64,000 nt of DNA from an uncultured Gammaproteobacteria bacterium (GTDB taxonomy: Bacteria; Pseudomonadota; Gammaproteobacteria; Steroidobacterales; Rariloculaceae): the NCBI GenBank assembly GCA_963748045.1, contig CAVVIC010000009.1, positions 6,154 through 70,153 on the forward strand, read 5' to 3'. This document shows, piece by piece, positions 10,196 through 21,064 of the stretch. Under the pieces are notes generated by a model, which was given only the letters and a program-made list of their open reading frames with translations, searched no databases and was not told where the DNA came from. Each line of letters begins with the position of its first letter. Position 1 is the first letter of the stretch. Position numbers and translations under genes: made by a program.

Positions 10196-11287
10196 TCATT
10201 CCCAGCCAGTGGGCGAGTTGTACGGCGCGGTGAAGCCCATGGCTTCGATCTCGTGCACCTGGCCATCGGCGCCGATCTTGAAGATGTGCGCCGCCGGCAG
10301 GTCGAAGGGCGCAAAGGGCATGTTCTTCTTGTTGCGCTCGATGGTGGAGCCGTCCAGGGCTTTCACCTTGTAGGGCAGGTTGTCCATCGGGTGACGGAAG
10401 TGCGACAGGCCCATCACCAGTCCCAGTCTGGGGATCCGCGGCGAACACGCGGCGATTCTCGATGCGGGCGATGTACTGGAATGTATTGCTGTTGAGCTGC
10501 CCGCGGCAGTCACGGGCCACCTTCGGGTGCAGCTGCCGCACCGGGAATGGCCGGCGCCGTGGACGGCTCGCCGCTCGCGGTGATCATGCCGTTTTCATGG
10601 CGCTCGCAGTCAGGTGCGAAAGGCATCAGCTCGCCGTTGTTGTCGTCCAGCGCATCGTAGTAGGACGCACCGATCTTGATCAGCTCGTCATGCGACTTGC
10701 GCTGCGCGACGGGTATCTCGGTGAAGATGCCGGGCCGCGGCGCCTGCAGGTTGACCATCTGCGCTTCGCGCACGCCCGAGCACCAGGTGCTCGGCTTCCT
10801 TGACCTGCCCCTGGGGTCGAACTTGAGCCGGATGGCGATGATGCCGGCTGCTCAACCGGGGGCTTTTTGCGCGAATTCTGCGCGCTGCTCGGGAGACGTG
10901 CCCTGCGGCGCCTGCGCGGGCCCCATGTACGTCACCATGGCGAGATATCCGGCGGTCTGGTTGATCTCGTCCGGCACGTGGATGGCGAAGGTGCTCGGGT
11001 CCCTTCACGATGCTCTTCCACAATCCTTCGCCCGGTTTCGTCTTCGTGACGTTCTCGACGAAGACGATCTCGTCCGACAGCGGTGCCTTGGCAATGTCGT
11101 GTGCCACCAGCGCCGCCACATAGGCATCGGTCGCGTCGATCAGGCACTGGCGGTCGCACGCGGCCGAATCCGCTGCTGTATTCGTCGGTGCTGCGGTATC
11201 CGCAGTCTTGCTGCAGGCGCTAAGCACCAGAAGGGCAACCGTCGTCGCCGCTGCGGCAGAGTATCTTCCCGTGTTCCTGATAAGCAT
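10196..11287 (-). CDS. Uncharacterised lipoprotein (CDRxCL...YxxAL family); frameshifted
   Basis: Lipobox LSAC; ACDRQCLIDATDAYVAALVAHD, ENV...GEGLW, FAPDCERHENGMIT, HIFKIG...IEA.G...PYNSPTGWE. Confidence 0.75.
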
Positions 11288-11439
11288 GAAGCCCCCTGCG
11301 TCATTGAGCCGGAAGCGTTGCCCGTTCTCGAAGCGCCGTGGCGGATTCTATGCCCGAGAGCCAACGCTCCGCACCGCCTCTGCTGCGGCACGGGCGCTGG
11401 GAGAACGGGCCGCTTGCTAACGGCCGGCGTCGTCGAAGC

Positions 11440-11980
11440 TTACTTCAGGCGGGATGCGATCTTGTCGAGACCCGCTTGCACGCAGACCTCATCCTTGTCG
11501 CCGCCGGGCGCGCCCGACACGGACAGCGCACCGATGATCTCGCCGCCCACCTTGATGGGCAGCGCGCCGCGACGCGCGGTACCGATCTTGGGGTCGGCCT
11601 TCACTTCCGCATCCAGCGCCGCGTCGGTCTTGACGCGATCGGCGATCTCACCGCTCGGTACCTTGTACTTGATGGTGGTCGTCGTCTTGGTGAGACCGAC
11701 CATCTGCGTCCGCTCGGCGGCACCGTCGGAGGACAGTATCGCGACCGGCACGCCGGCGGAATCGACTACGGTCGCCGTGGTCTTGTAGCCGTTCGCCGAA
11801 CAAATGGCGATCGCCGTCTGCGCGGCCTCGACGGCCAGCGCCAGCTGCGGGCCGCGGGCGCGGGGCGGAGCAGGCGGCGGTGCACCCGGGGGCGGCGGCG
11901 GGTGCCGGAGCCTGAGCCATGCCCGAGGCAGCAGCGACGCAGGCACAAAGTGCGAGCGAGAGACGGGTGAGTGTGTGCAT
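11440..11980 (-). CDS. GlcG/HbpS family heme-binding protein with signal peptide
   Basis: TVVDSAG..VA...DGA, GALPIKVGGEIIGALSVSGAPGGDKDEVC. The ATG at 11980 is in a shifted frame (MHTLTRLSLALC...AQAP). Confidence 0.85.
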
Positions 11981-12156
11981 GAGCGGGTGTCCTTGTGTGG
12001 TGTGCGAAAAACTGTGGCTGGAAGGGTAACCCGAAAGCGGCGGCCGTCCCAAAGCGCGCCTGCTAAGACGGGTCTCGCTCACCCGAATCCGGCGCGATAA
12101 TCGTGTGCCATACGTGTTAGGGTGGCGCACCAAAATCAACCGAGCCGAGCAGTAAG

Positions 12157-12438
12157 ATGGCCAACTTCAACAACCAGGCGAAGCGCAAGCGCGAGCTTGC
12201 GAAGCAAGACAAGCGCGCTGCGAAGGACCAGAATCGCGCGCAGCGCAAGGCAGCAGCTCGTGGCGCTAGCGCTCCCGCCGCTGTGAGCCACGCGGTACCG
12301 AGCGTCTCGAAGTCGAGCGCCTCGAAGCCGAGCATCTCGAAGGCCGCGGCGGAGTGGATGAAGCCCGTGAGCAAGAAGCCTGCCGTCAGGACGGTTGCGG
12401 CGGCCGCGTTCATCCGGCGACTGAACATCGGATCCTAA
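12157..12438 (+). CDS. Small basic (Lys/Arg/Ala-rich) hypothetical protein
   Basis: ATG ORF with high-GC3 codon usage; MANFNNQAKRKRELAKQDKRAAK. Confidence 0.6.
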   Translation: MANFNNQAKRKRELAKQDKRAAKDQNRAQRKAAARGASAPAAVSHAVPSVSKSSASKPSISKAAAEWMKPVSKKPAVRTVAAAAFIRRLNIGS

Positions 12439-12547
12439 TCGGTCTCGCAGCGCGGCGGCGCTGCGCTCGGACTCGTCACTTCGGGTGGGGCGGCGTTCCT
12501 CCCGTCGCCGGATCCTCGTCGACGAAACGCAGCACGGCTGCGAGATT

Positions 12548-13657
12548 TCAGAAGTAAGTCTGCAGCGCCCTCGCGTCGTAGTCGCGTAGCTCGTCGTGGC
12601 GGCCGGCTTTGACCTTCAACACCCACTCGGGGTCTTGCAATAGAGCGCGGCCCACTGCGACAAGGTCGAACTCGCCGCGATCAAGGCGCGCGATCGTCTC
12701 ATCGAGCTTGCCGACGCTCGAGCCTTCGCCGCGAAACGCTCCGATGAACTCGGAGCTCAAGCCGACGGAGCCGACGCTGATCGTTGGCAGCCCCGATAGT
12801 TTCTTGACCCAGCCGGCGAGATTGAGTCCGTTCGGCCCATCGATGTCTGGAAATTCCGGCTCGAGGATGCGGCGCTGCGAGCAATGAATGGCATCGACGC
12901 CCGCGTCGGCGAGCACCTTGACCCAGCGCTCGAGCGCCTGCGGTGTGGACGCCACCTTCGCCGCGAAGTCGACGGACTTCCACTGCGAGATACGAATGAT
13001 GATCGGTAGCTCGCCCACGGCGAGTCGACACCGGCGGATCACTTCTGCGGCGAATTCGGCACGCTTCTCGATTGAGCCGCCGAAACGGTCGGTGCGCTGA
13101 TTGGTGCGCTCCCAGAAGAATTCGTCGATCAGATAGCCGTGCGCGCCGTGCAGCTCGACGCAATCGAAGCCAAGACGCCGCGCATCGCCCGCCGCATCCG
13201 CGTACGCCTGCGCCATGTCGAGCACTTCGGCTTCGTTGGGCTCGTCGCCGACCTTCTCTCCCTTCAACGTGATGCCCGACGGTCCGTCGGACGGCGCGTC
13301 GGGGAAATGTCCGGTACCGGGCTTACGACTCATGCCCTGATGCCAGAGCTGCGGACCCATCTTGCCGCCCGCAGCATGTACGGCATCGATCACACGCTGC
13401 CAGCCTGCGAGCGGCCGTTCTCCCCAGAACAGCGGAATGTTGGCGTCATTGGACGCGCCTTTGCGGCGTGTGAGCGTGCCCTCGGAAAGAATGAGGCCGA
13501 CCTCGCCCGCCGCGCGGCGCGCGTAGTAGGCGACGTTGTCATCGTTGGGAAACGCGTCAGGCGAACGTGCGCGCGTCATCGGCGCCAGCACGATGCGATT
13601 CTTGAGCTCCAGGCGACGAAGGCGAAAGGGACGAAACAGCGGTGCGACGTCGGTCAT
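12548..13657 (-). CDS. NADH:flavin oxidoreductase (Old Yellow Enzyme family)
   Basis: LKNRIVLAPMTR, YYARRA, GLILSEG, QLWHQG, ELHGAHGYLIDEF, RTDRFGGS, DLVAVGRALL. Confidence 0.93.
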   Translation of the reverse strand: MTDVAPLFRPFRLRRLELKNRIVLAPMTRARSPDAFPNDDNVAYYARRAAGEVGLILSEGTLTRRKGASNDANIPLFWGERPLAGWQRVIDAVHAAGGKMGPQLWHQGMSRKPGTGHFPDAPSDGPSGITLKGEKVGDEPNEAEVLDMAQAYADAAGDARRLGFDCVELHGAHGYLIDEFFWERTNQRTDRFGGSIEKRAEFAAEVIRRCRLAVGELPIIIRISQWKSVDFAAKVASTPQALERWVKVLADAGVDAIHCSQRRILEPEFPDIDGPNGLNLAGWVKKLSGLPTISVGSVGLSSEFIGAFRGEGSSVGKLDETIARLDRGEFDLVAVGRALLQDPEWVLKVKAGRHDELRDYDARALQTYF

Positions 13658-13776
13658 GCAGGGATCTTTTTCCGTTCTGGGTTCGCCGCTGCGGATGAAG
13701 CGGCGCGGCAAGTCTAAGGCATTCGCAGCGCGCGGGCTCCGCGTCCTCTCGTCGGCGTGCTACCTTCGAGACTCGA

Positions 13777-14259
13777 ATGACCGACACCCGCACGAAGCTC
13801 CTCGGTCTGTGGCGGCGCCTCGCGCCGCTGCCCGGGGGGCCGTGGCTCTTCTCCAAGCTCTTCGGCCTCATGGTTCCCTACTCGGGCTCCGTCAGCCCGC
13901 GCATCCGCGTGCTCGAGCCGGGCCACGCCGAGGTCGAGATCCCCGACCGCCGCTCGAATCGCAACCACTTGGGCTCCGTGCACGCGATCGCGCTCATGAA
14001 TTTGGCCGAGATGACGAGCGGGCTTGCGATGCTGGCCGCGCTGCCGCCGACGGTGCGCGGCATCGTCACGAATCTTTCGATGACGTACCACAAGAAGGCG
14101 CGCGGCACGATCCGCGCCGTCGCGCGCGTCGCCGTCCCAGCCGTCAGCGAGGACCGCGACTTCGATGTCATGGCCGAGTGCTTCGACCGCGGGGGCGCCC
14201 TCGTCGCGACGGGCAACGTGCGCTGGCGGCTCGGTCTCGCACGCGCGAAGGCGGGCTGA
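13777..14259 (+). CDS. Hotdog-fold thioesterase (DUF4442/PaaI-like)
   Basis: NRNHLGSVHAIALMNLAEMTSG...YHKKARG. Confidence 0.85.
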   Translation: MTDTRTKLLGLWRRLAPLPGGPWLFSKLFGLMVPYSGSVSPRIRVLEPGHAEVEIPDRRSNRNHLGSVHAIALMNLAEMTSGLAMLAALPPTVRGIVTNLSMTYHKKARGTIRAVARVAVPAVSEDRDFDVMAECFDRGGALVATGNVRWRLGLARAKAG

Positions 14260-14263
14260 CTCG

Positions 14264-15288
14264 ATGGAGACGGCGTTCACGCGGCAAACGGGAGTGGAGG
14301 TTCCGCTCATCTGCGGGCCCATGTATCCGTGCTCCAACCCCGAGCTCGTCGCAGCCGTGAGCGAGGCCGGAGGGCTCGGCGTGGTGCAGCCGACTCTCGC
14401 TCACCTACGTGCACGGCCACGAGTTTCGCGCCGGGCTGCGTTACATCCGCTCGCTGACTGCGAAGCCGATTGGTTTCAATGCGCTCATCGAGGGAAGCAA
14501 CAAGGCCTATCTCGACCGGATGCGCCGCTGGATCGACAGTCGCGCTCGAGGAGGGCGTGCGGTTCTTCATCACCTCGCTCGGGAACCCGCAGTGGGTTTG
14601 CGAGCGCGTGCACGCGATGGGTGGCGTCGTCTACCACGACGTCACCGAGCGGAAGTGGGCAGAGAAAGGCGTCGCTGGCGGCGTCGATGGCCTGATCGCC
14701 GTCAACGCGCGTGCCGGCGGCCACGCCGGGACCCGTTCACCCGAAGCGTTGTTCGAGGAGCTTGCGCCCTTCGGCAAGCCGATCGTGAGCGCGGGTGGTG
14801 TCGGCACACCGGCTGAGTTCGCCCGGCACCTGCGCATGGGCTATGCCGCCGTGCAACTAGGCACGCGCTTCATCGCCACACCCGAGTGCAAGGCGAGCGA
14901 CGCGTACAAGCAAGCGATCGTGGCCGCGGACGAAGACGACATTGTGCTCACCGAGCGGCTCACGGGCGTTCCGGTCGCCGTCATCCGTAATGCCTACATC
15001 GAGCGACTCGGCACGAAGGCCGGTTGGCTCGCACGCTGGATGCTCGAGGGCCGCAAGACGAAGCACTGGGTGCGCATGTGGTACGCCCTGAACTCGGTGC
15101 GGCGCCTCAAGAACTCGCTGCTGACCGACGACACGAGCACGGAGTATTGGCAGGCGGGCAAGTCGGTGGCAGGGATTCACGGGATCGAGCCCGCCGGGCA
15201 GATCGTGCGGGAGTTCGCCGCGGTGCTGCACGGACGCTCAGACCCCAACGCGACGACGCCTGTCGATGAGACCCACGTAGCTTGGTAA
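14264..15288 (+). CDS. Nitronate monooxygenase family flavoprotein; frameshifted
   Basis: PLICGPMYPCSNPELVAAVSEAGGLG, AGGHAG, SAGGVG, VQLGTRFIATPEC. Confidence 0.88.
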
Positions 15289-15351
15289 CGCCCGTTCGGA
15301 GACAATTGAGTGACAGCGTCCGGTGATCGACTACGCGCTCGGAGACGATCG

Positions 15352-16533
15352 ATGTCCATCAAAGTCAGCGCGATTCAGACTGCGGCCGTGCTCGTTGCGG
15401 CGTGTGTACCCGGGCTGGTGTTCGCTCAAGCACCGGCCGCCTCGCCGCGTCGACCGTCGCCAGAGGTCGAGGCGCTGAATCCCCCGGTTCCGGCGGGCCT
15501 CGTGGTATCCGAAGAGCGGCGTGTTCCAGCTGAGAAGAACGCCGCGGCGTACAAGGACCGCAACTGGAGCGCGCCGAAGACGTCGTGGGGCCAGCCGAGC
15601 CTCCAGGGCACCTGGTCGACGGACGACATGCACGGAATTCCCTTCGACCGCCCGGAAGCGCTCGGCACGCAAGAGTTCCTGAACGAACAGCAGTTCGTCG
15701 AGCGCGCGAAGCGTCAGCAGGCCGGCAGCGACCACTCGGCCAACGTGGAGACGTTCCATCGCGTGGCGTGGGGCGTGCGCAGTTTCGGTTTCTCGTCGCT
15801 CGTCGTCGATCCACCCAATGGCCGAACACCCGTGCTGACGGCCGACGGACGTGCGCGAGCCGCCGCGGTGGCGGGTAAAGGCTCGTTTGGCCAGGGTCCC
15901 TTCAACACGCTCGACGACTTCTCGCTGTACGACCGCTGCATCGCGCGTGGTTTGAACGCCGGCATGAACGCCGTGCTGTACGGCAACGGCGTTTTGATTA
16001 CGCAGAGCCCGGACAGCGTCACGATCACGTACGAGATGGTGCACGAGACGCGCGTGATTGCGCTCGACGGCCGGCCGCATCTCGCGAGCGACGTGACGCA
16101 GTACACCGGCAACTCGCGCGGCCACTTCGAGGGCGACACGCTCGTCGTCGAGACCGGCGGTTTCACGGACAAGATGAGCGTCAGTGGCGCTGCACCGAAC
16201 AGCAAGAGCCTGCGAACGACGGAGCGCATCCGGCGCGTCGATCCGGACATGCTCGAGTACCGGATCACGGTCGACGATCCTGCGACCTACACGGCGCCGT
16301 TCACGGTGCGAGCCATGTGGACCACTCAGCCGAACTACACGGTGTATGAGTACTCGTGTCACGAGGGCAACTACGCCGTCGGCGGCGGACTCGCCGGCGA
16401 GCGGGCGTTCGAGCGCGACGTCGCGGCCGCGAAGGCGAAGGGTTTGCCGATTCCGCGCCGCGCGAGCATGGTCGAAATCTACAGCGCGCCGGCAGAAGGC
16501 GCCGAGGTCTTCGACGTCGGCAAGGGCGAATGA
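15352..16533 (+). CDS. Secreted 'WxGDTLV' domain protein (copy 3)
   Basis: Signal peptide; WGQPSLQGTW, SLVVDPPNGRTP, DRCIARG, YEMVHETRVIALDGRPH, GNSRGHFEGDTLVVET, VDDP, YSCHEGN. Confidence 0.88.
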   Translation: MSIKVSAIQTAAVLVAACVPGLVFAQAPAASPRRPSPEVEALNPPVPAGLVVSEERRVPAEKNAAAYKDRNWSAPKTSWGQPSLQGTWSTDDMHGIPFDRPEALGTQEFLNEQQFVERAKRQQAGSDHSANVETFHRVAWGVRSFGFSSLVVDPPNGRTPVLTADGRARAAAVAGKGSFGQGPFNTLDDFSLYDRCIARGLNAGMNAVLYGNGVLITQSPDSVTITYEMVHETRVIALDGRPHLASDVTQYTGNSRGHFEGDTLVVETGGFTDKMSVSGAAPNSKSLRTTERIRRVDPDMLEYRITVDDPATYTAPFTVRAMWTTQPNYTVYEYSCHEGNYAVGGGLAGERAFERDVAAAKAKGLPIPRRASMVEIYSAPAEGAEVFDVGKGE

Positions 16534-17674
16534 AGCGGACGGGAAGCTCGCGCGCCGCAACGTCTCGCCATTCGATTTTTCCTCCACGCCCGCGAGGAAT
16601 GAAGGGGCGTAGCGCCGAGCTGCGTACCCTCGCGCGCACGATCGCCGCTACACGACCCACGCGCATCGCGCTGGTCGGCCCGGGCGGCAGCGGCAAGTCG
16701 ATGTTGGCGGCGGTGCTCGGGTCATCGCCTGCGCGCCGAATTCGGCGGTCGCATCGACTGGTTCCGCACCGGGGCGTGGGGCTTCCACACGTTGACCGAG
16801 ATGCTGGCGCTGCGTTTTCGCACCGGGCTCGGCGAAGGCCGCGTGCAAGCGACTCCGGCAATTCCTGTCGCGCGGTCCGCAGCGGCTGATCGTGCTCGAC
16901 AACCACGAAGACGACCGCGCCATGGAACAGCTGTTCGAGGCGTTCGTGGACGCCAACGCGACCTTCGTGATCACCGCGCGCCGCTGCCTGCTCTCGGGCG
17001 TGTTGATCTACCCCGTGATCGCGCCGCTCGTCACATCGGGCCGAGAGCGCGTTCCCGACGCGTGGCAGCGCTCACGCGCCTGTTGCGCTGGAATCCGCTG
17101 GCGCTCGACATCGCCGACAGCATCGTGGCGTCGCGTGCTGCGAGCGCGAAAGCGCTCGGGGAGTTCTTGCGAGGACGCCGGCGTGACACGCGTGCGCGCA
17201 CTGGAGCACGAGGACGATCTGCCGGAGATCGCGCTGCTCATCGACTGGGCGTGGCCGCGCCTGCGCGTCGAGGCGCGACGCGCGCTCGCCGTGCTCGCGC
17301 ACGTGGAAGGCGACCACATGGATGCGGCGTCGCTCGCGAAGCTCGCACGCGTCGCGCGGCTCGGCCCTGCGCTGGCCGAGCTCGAGCGCTGGCACCTCGT
17401 GCAGCAGCCGCTGCGCGAACGCTACACGCTGCATGCGGTGGTGCGGCACGCCGTGGCCCGCCGCACGAAGCCCGCGCCCGAACGCGTGTTCGAGCACTAC
17501 GTGACGCTACTCGAGCGCCACCCCGAGCGTCTCGAGCTCGAGCAGTCCCAGCTGTTCGCCGCGCTGGAGCATGCGTATCGCAAGAGCGACATGAACGCGC
17601 TGTTGCGCGTCAACGCGCTCGCCGCAGAGGCTCGAACAGGCAGTAGGTTGAAACCTACTTCTTGTCGAAGTTGA
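16530..17674 (+). CDS. Small STAND/NB-ARC-like P-loop NTPase; frameshifted
   Basis: GRSAEL, Walker A LVGPGGSGKS, Walker B LIVLDNHE, sensor-1 VITARR, WNPLAL (GxP equivalent), wHTH RYTLHAVVR. The ATGA start overlaps the upstream stop. Confidence 0.78.
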
Positions 17675-19062
17675 ACAAGTCCTCCGACACGTCGGGCCTG
17701 CGTCATGCCCTGCTCGAACGATTGCTCCCAGATCTTGGCCCACGGGCGGCCGTACATGTCGGGCATCTCGTACTCGATCTTGGTGCCCGGGGTGAGCGGC
17801 TGGTTCTTGCCGTTGACCGTGAAGATGGTCTGCACACACTCGATGAACGGGTAGGGCGTCTCGTCCTTGTCCTTGAAGTTATTGATCTTCATGAAGTTGC
17901 GGACGATACGCACCGGCACCGCGAGCGCGTCCTCGTCGTAGAGGATCGTTTCGTGGTTGAGCCCCACGAACTTGCCGTCCTTGCGATTTGGAGTGTAGAT
18001 CTCGATCGACTGCAGCTTGTTCGAGAACTCGAACTCCGAGTGCGACTTCCAGCCCTGGATGTTGCTCGTCCAGGTGATCAGCACGTCCTTGTCCCAGAAG
18101 CCGATCGTGTCGCCGTACCAACGCGGCACCGCAGGGCCGAGCCGCGGAACGCCGCCCTTCGCTACATCCTCCATGTTGAACTCGCGCCCAACATAGACGT
18201 CCTGGATGAAGTTACGCGCAACGCCCGCGCGCACCTGCACGAGGTCCGGCGTCGCAATGACGTAGTGCTCCCAGACGGCCGCAGGGTACCAGCGGCGCAT
18301 GAACCCCTCGGGCCAGCAGAACGTCGACGGCCAGACCGCGTGGCCGCGCACCTGGTGATAGGCCTCCTGCACCATCCGCTGCTGGTACTCCGGTGTCAGC
18401 ACCGAGAGCACCGTCGGAATCTGTGTGTGCCTGCCCCAGTACCAGTTGTTCTGCGTGGCCTGGGCGCGGGCAGGGCGCTCGTAGACGCCATTCCACTCGG
18501 CGGAGGGGAAGTTTTCGAATGTGTAGACGCTCGGGCCGCCGCGGCCTTGCGTCTCCTTCATCAGCGCCGCGTAGTGCTCCTGCGCCGTCTTGAAGCCGTA
18601 AGGGCTCACGATGGCTTCGCGCGGATAGCTGAGCTCGCAATGGCCCCACGGTGCGTCTGCATCATTCTTCGACGAGTTGACCGGCGGGTTCTGCAGAATT
18701 CCGCGCACATACTCCGTGGCCTGCGGGCTGTTGCAGCGGAAGTAGCGCGGATCGGTCCAGAGCGCTTTGTCTTTGTAGAAGTCGTCGCTCGTGTAGATAT
18801 CGCGTGGTAACGGCTTGTAGTTCTTCGGCAACGCGTTGTTGGCGTAGCCGTTCAGGGGAAACGGGTGGGCCGGGTCATATTGCTGACCGAACTGGCGAAT
18901 CCAGTTGGGCCCGACCTCGCCTTTCATGTCGTACACGCTGGCGGCCAGCGGCCGGCCGCGGCCGACGCTCTTGAAGCCGATGTCCGGCATCACCTGAGCC
19001 ATGGCGGGCGCAGCGATCAGAAGTACGGCGAACGCCAAGGATTTGATCGATCCAATTTTCAT
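17655..19062 (-). CDS. Secreted divergent 'WxGDTLV' domain protein (copy 4)
   Basis: Signal peptide MKIGSIKSLAFAVLLIAAPAMA; FCWPEGFMR, WYGDTIGFWDKDVL, FIEC. The C-terminus DLFNFDKK* follows a frameshift. Confidence 0.8.
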
Positions 19063-19439
19063 GTACGTTTCCTTCGTCGCTAGATCACCGGACAAGCGCC
19101 ACGATACGCTGCTGGCAGCAGTCAACCGCCGCGCGTCACTGTGGGGTGCTACTCTAACCGTCACTCTTGCGACACTGAAGCCCCGGCGGCTCGGCGATGG
19201 CCGTTGACGCAACCTCAAGTTTTGCGAACGGCAAGCGCGCGCCCCGGTAACGCCGGCCTCGGGCGCGCGCGCGCCTATGTTCGCTAGCGCACGGTGAGCG
19301 CGGTCCCGACACGCTAACGTTCCGTGCCAACGACCTGCGCCGTGGCCACGTGAGGCCCAGGCGGGTCCCACCTTCATCCGCGCGCGCCGCTCGCAGCAGT
19401 CCCCGCGCGAATCATCAAGACAGAGAGGCGACATCATCT

Positions 19440-20252
19440 ATGCAGATTCGAGTCGGCTACGAGCTGGTCTATCAGTGCCCGCAACCGACACCGATGATCG
19501 TCACCTTGAGCATTCACTACAGCCGCGTCTCGGACATCATCAAGCCCGACCACCTGTTGCTCAGTCCGTCCGTTCCGGTCACGGCCTATCGAGACTCGTT
19601 CGGCAACTGGTGCAGCCGCATCGTGGCGCCCGCGGGACAGCTCCGGCTGAGCAGCGATGCGGTCGTCTCCGACACCGGCAACCCCGACCTGGTCGCGCCT
19701 TGGCTCGAGCAGCGGCCCGTGCAGGCGCTCCCCGAAGAGACCTTGCTCTTCCTGCTCGGTAGCAGGTATTGCGAGACCGACCTGTTGTCGGAGACTGCCT
19801 GGAGCTTGTTCGGCGCGGCGCCGACGGGCTGGCAGCGCGTCCAGGCCATCTGCGATTTCGTGCATCAACACATACAGTTCGGCTACGGCCTTTCGAGCCC
19901 GACGAAGACCGCCTTTCAGGTCTTTCAGGATCGCCAAGGGCGTGTGTCGCGACTTTGCCCATCTCGCCGTCACGTTCTGCCGTTGCATGAATATCCCGGC
20001 GCGCTACTGCACGGGCTATCTCGGCGATATCGGCCTGCCGCCACCCTATGCGCCGATGGACTTCGCGGCCTGGTTCGAGGCCTATCTCGGCGACGGTTGG
20101 TACACCTTCGATCCTCGCAACAATACGCCCCGCATCGGGCGGATCCTGATCGCCCGAGGCAGAGACGCGGCGGATGTCGCGCTCACGACCAGCTTCGGGC
20201 CGTCGACGCTGGAAAGCTTCAAGGTGTGGACGGATGAGATCGCGCGAGCTGA
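19440..20252 (+). CDS. Transglutaminase-like protein; frameshifted, 3' end approximate
   Basis: MQIRVGYEL, YRDSFGNWCSR, LLGSRYCETD, GVCRDFAHL, IPARYCTGYLGD, MDFAAWFEAYL, TFDPRNN, GRDAADV. Confidence 0.9.
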
Positions 20253-20302
20253 AGTGCGCCGTACGGGCAGTCGAGTCGAGTCCGCAGCCGAGAAAGTCAG
20301 GC

Positions 20303-21041
20303 ATGACGTACTGTGTCGGCATCTTGCTCAAGGATGGGATCGTCCTCGCGTCGGACTCGCGCACGAACGCCGGCGTGGATAACTTCGCCAAGTTCTGCAA
20401 GATGACCGTGTTCGAGCGGGCCGGCGATCGCGTGCTCGTGCTTGCTGAGCTCCGGCAACCTGGCTGGGACGCAGGCCGTGATCAGCGTGCTGAAGCAGCG
20501 CGGCGAGGTCACGGATGGACCGCCCAATCTGTGGACCGCGCGCACCATGTTCGATGTCGCGGTCCTCGTTTCGGATGCCGTGCGCGACATCGAGCGTCGC
20601 GACGCGCCCTTCCTGGAAAGCGGTCCCATTTCGTTCAACGCCTCTTTCATCGTCGGCGGACAGATCAAGGGCGAGCCGCCGCGGCTGTTTCGCATCTACG
20701 CCGAGGGCAACTTCATCGAAGCGGGAGAGGATACGCCGTTTCTGCAGACCGGCGAAGCCAAGTACGGAAAGCCGATCATCGATCGGGTCATCACGCCCAC
20801 CACCACGCTCGCGGACGCCACCAAGTGCATTCTCGTTTCGTTCGATTCGACCATGCGCAGCAACCTGTCGGTGGGCATGCCCATCGATCTGGTCTGCTAC
20901 GAGCGGGACAGCCTGGAGATCCGCATGCGGCGCCGCTTCGACCAGGGCGACGCCTATTTCACGGCGCTGAGCGCTGACTGGAGCGAGGGCGTGCGCAAGG
21001 TGTTCCGGGAGCTGCCCGAGCTCGAATGGTTCGCGCGCTGA
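20303..21041 (+). CDS. Proteasome-type Ntn protease (Anbu); frameshifted
   Basis: MTYCVGI...SDSRTNAGVD (Thr1 nucleophile), GNLAGTQ, GGQIKGE, Q.GE.KYGKPIIDR, SFDSTMRSNLSVGMPIDL. Confidence 0.92.
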
Positions 21042-21064
21042 AGTCGAACGAATCGTAACCGCCG

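Noticed and set aside
19300-19335. TGGCAC motif on the minus strand as a sigma-54 promoter (a similar case occurs near 12110)
   Set aside because: There is no GC at the required GG-N10-GC spacing.
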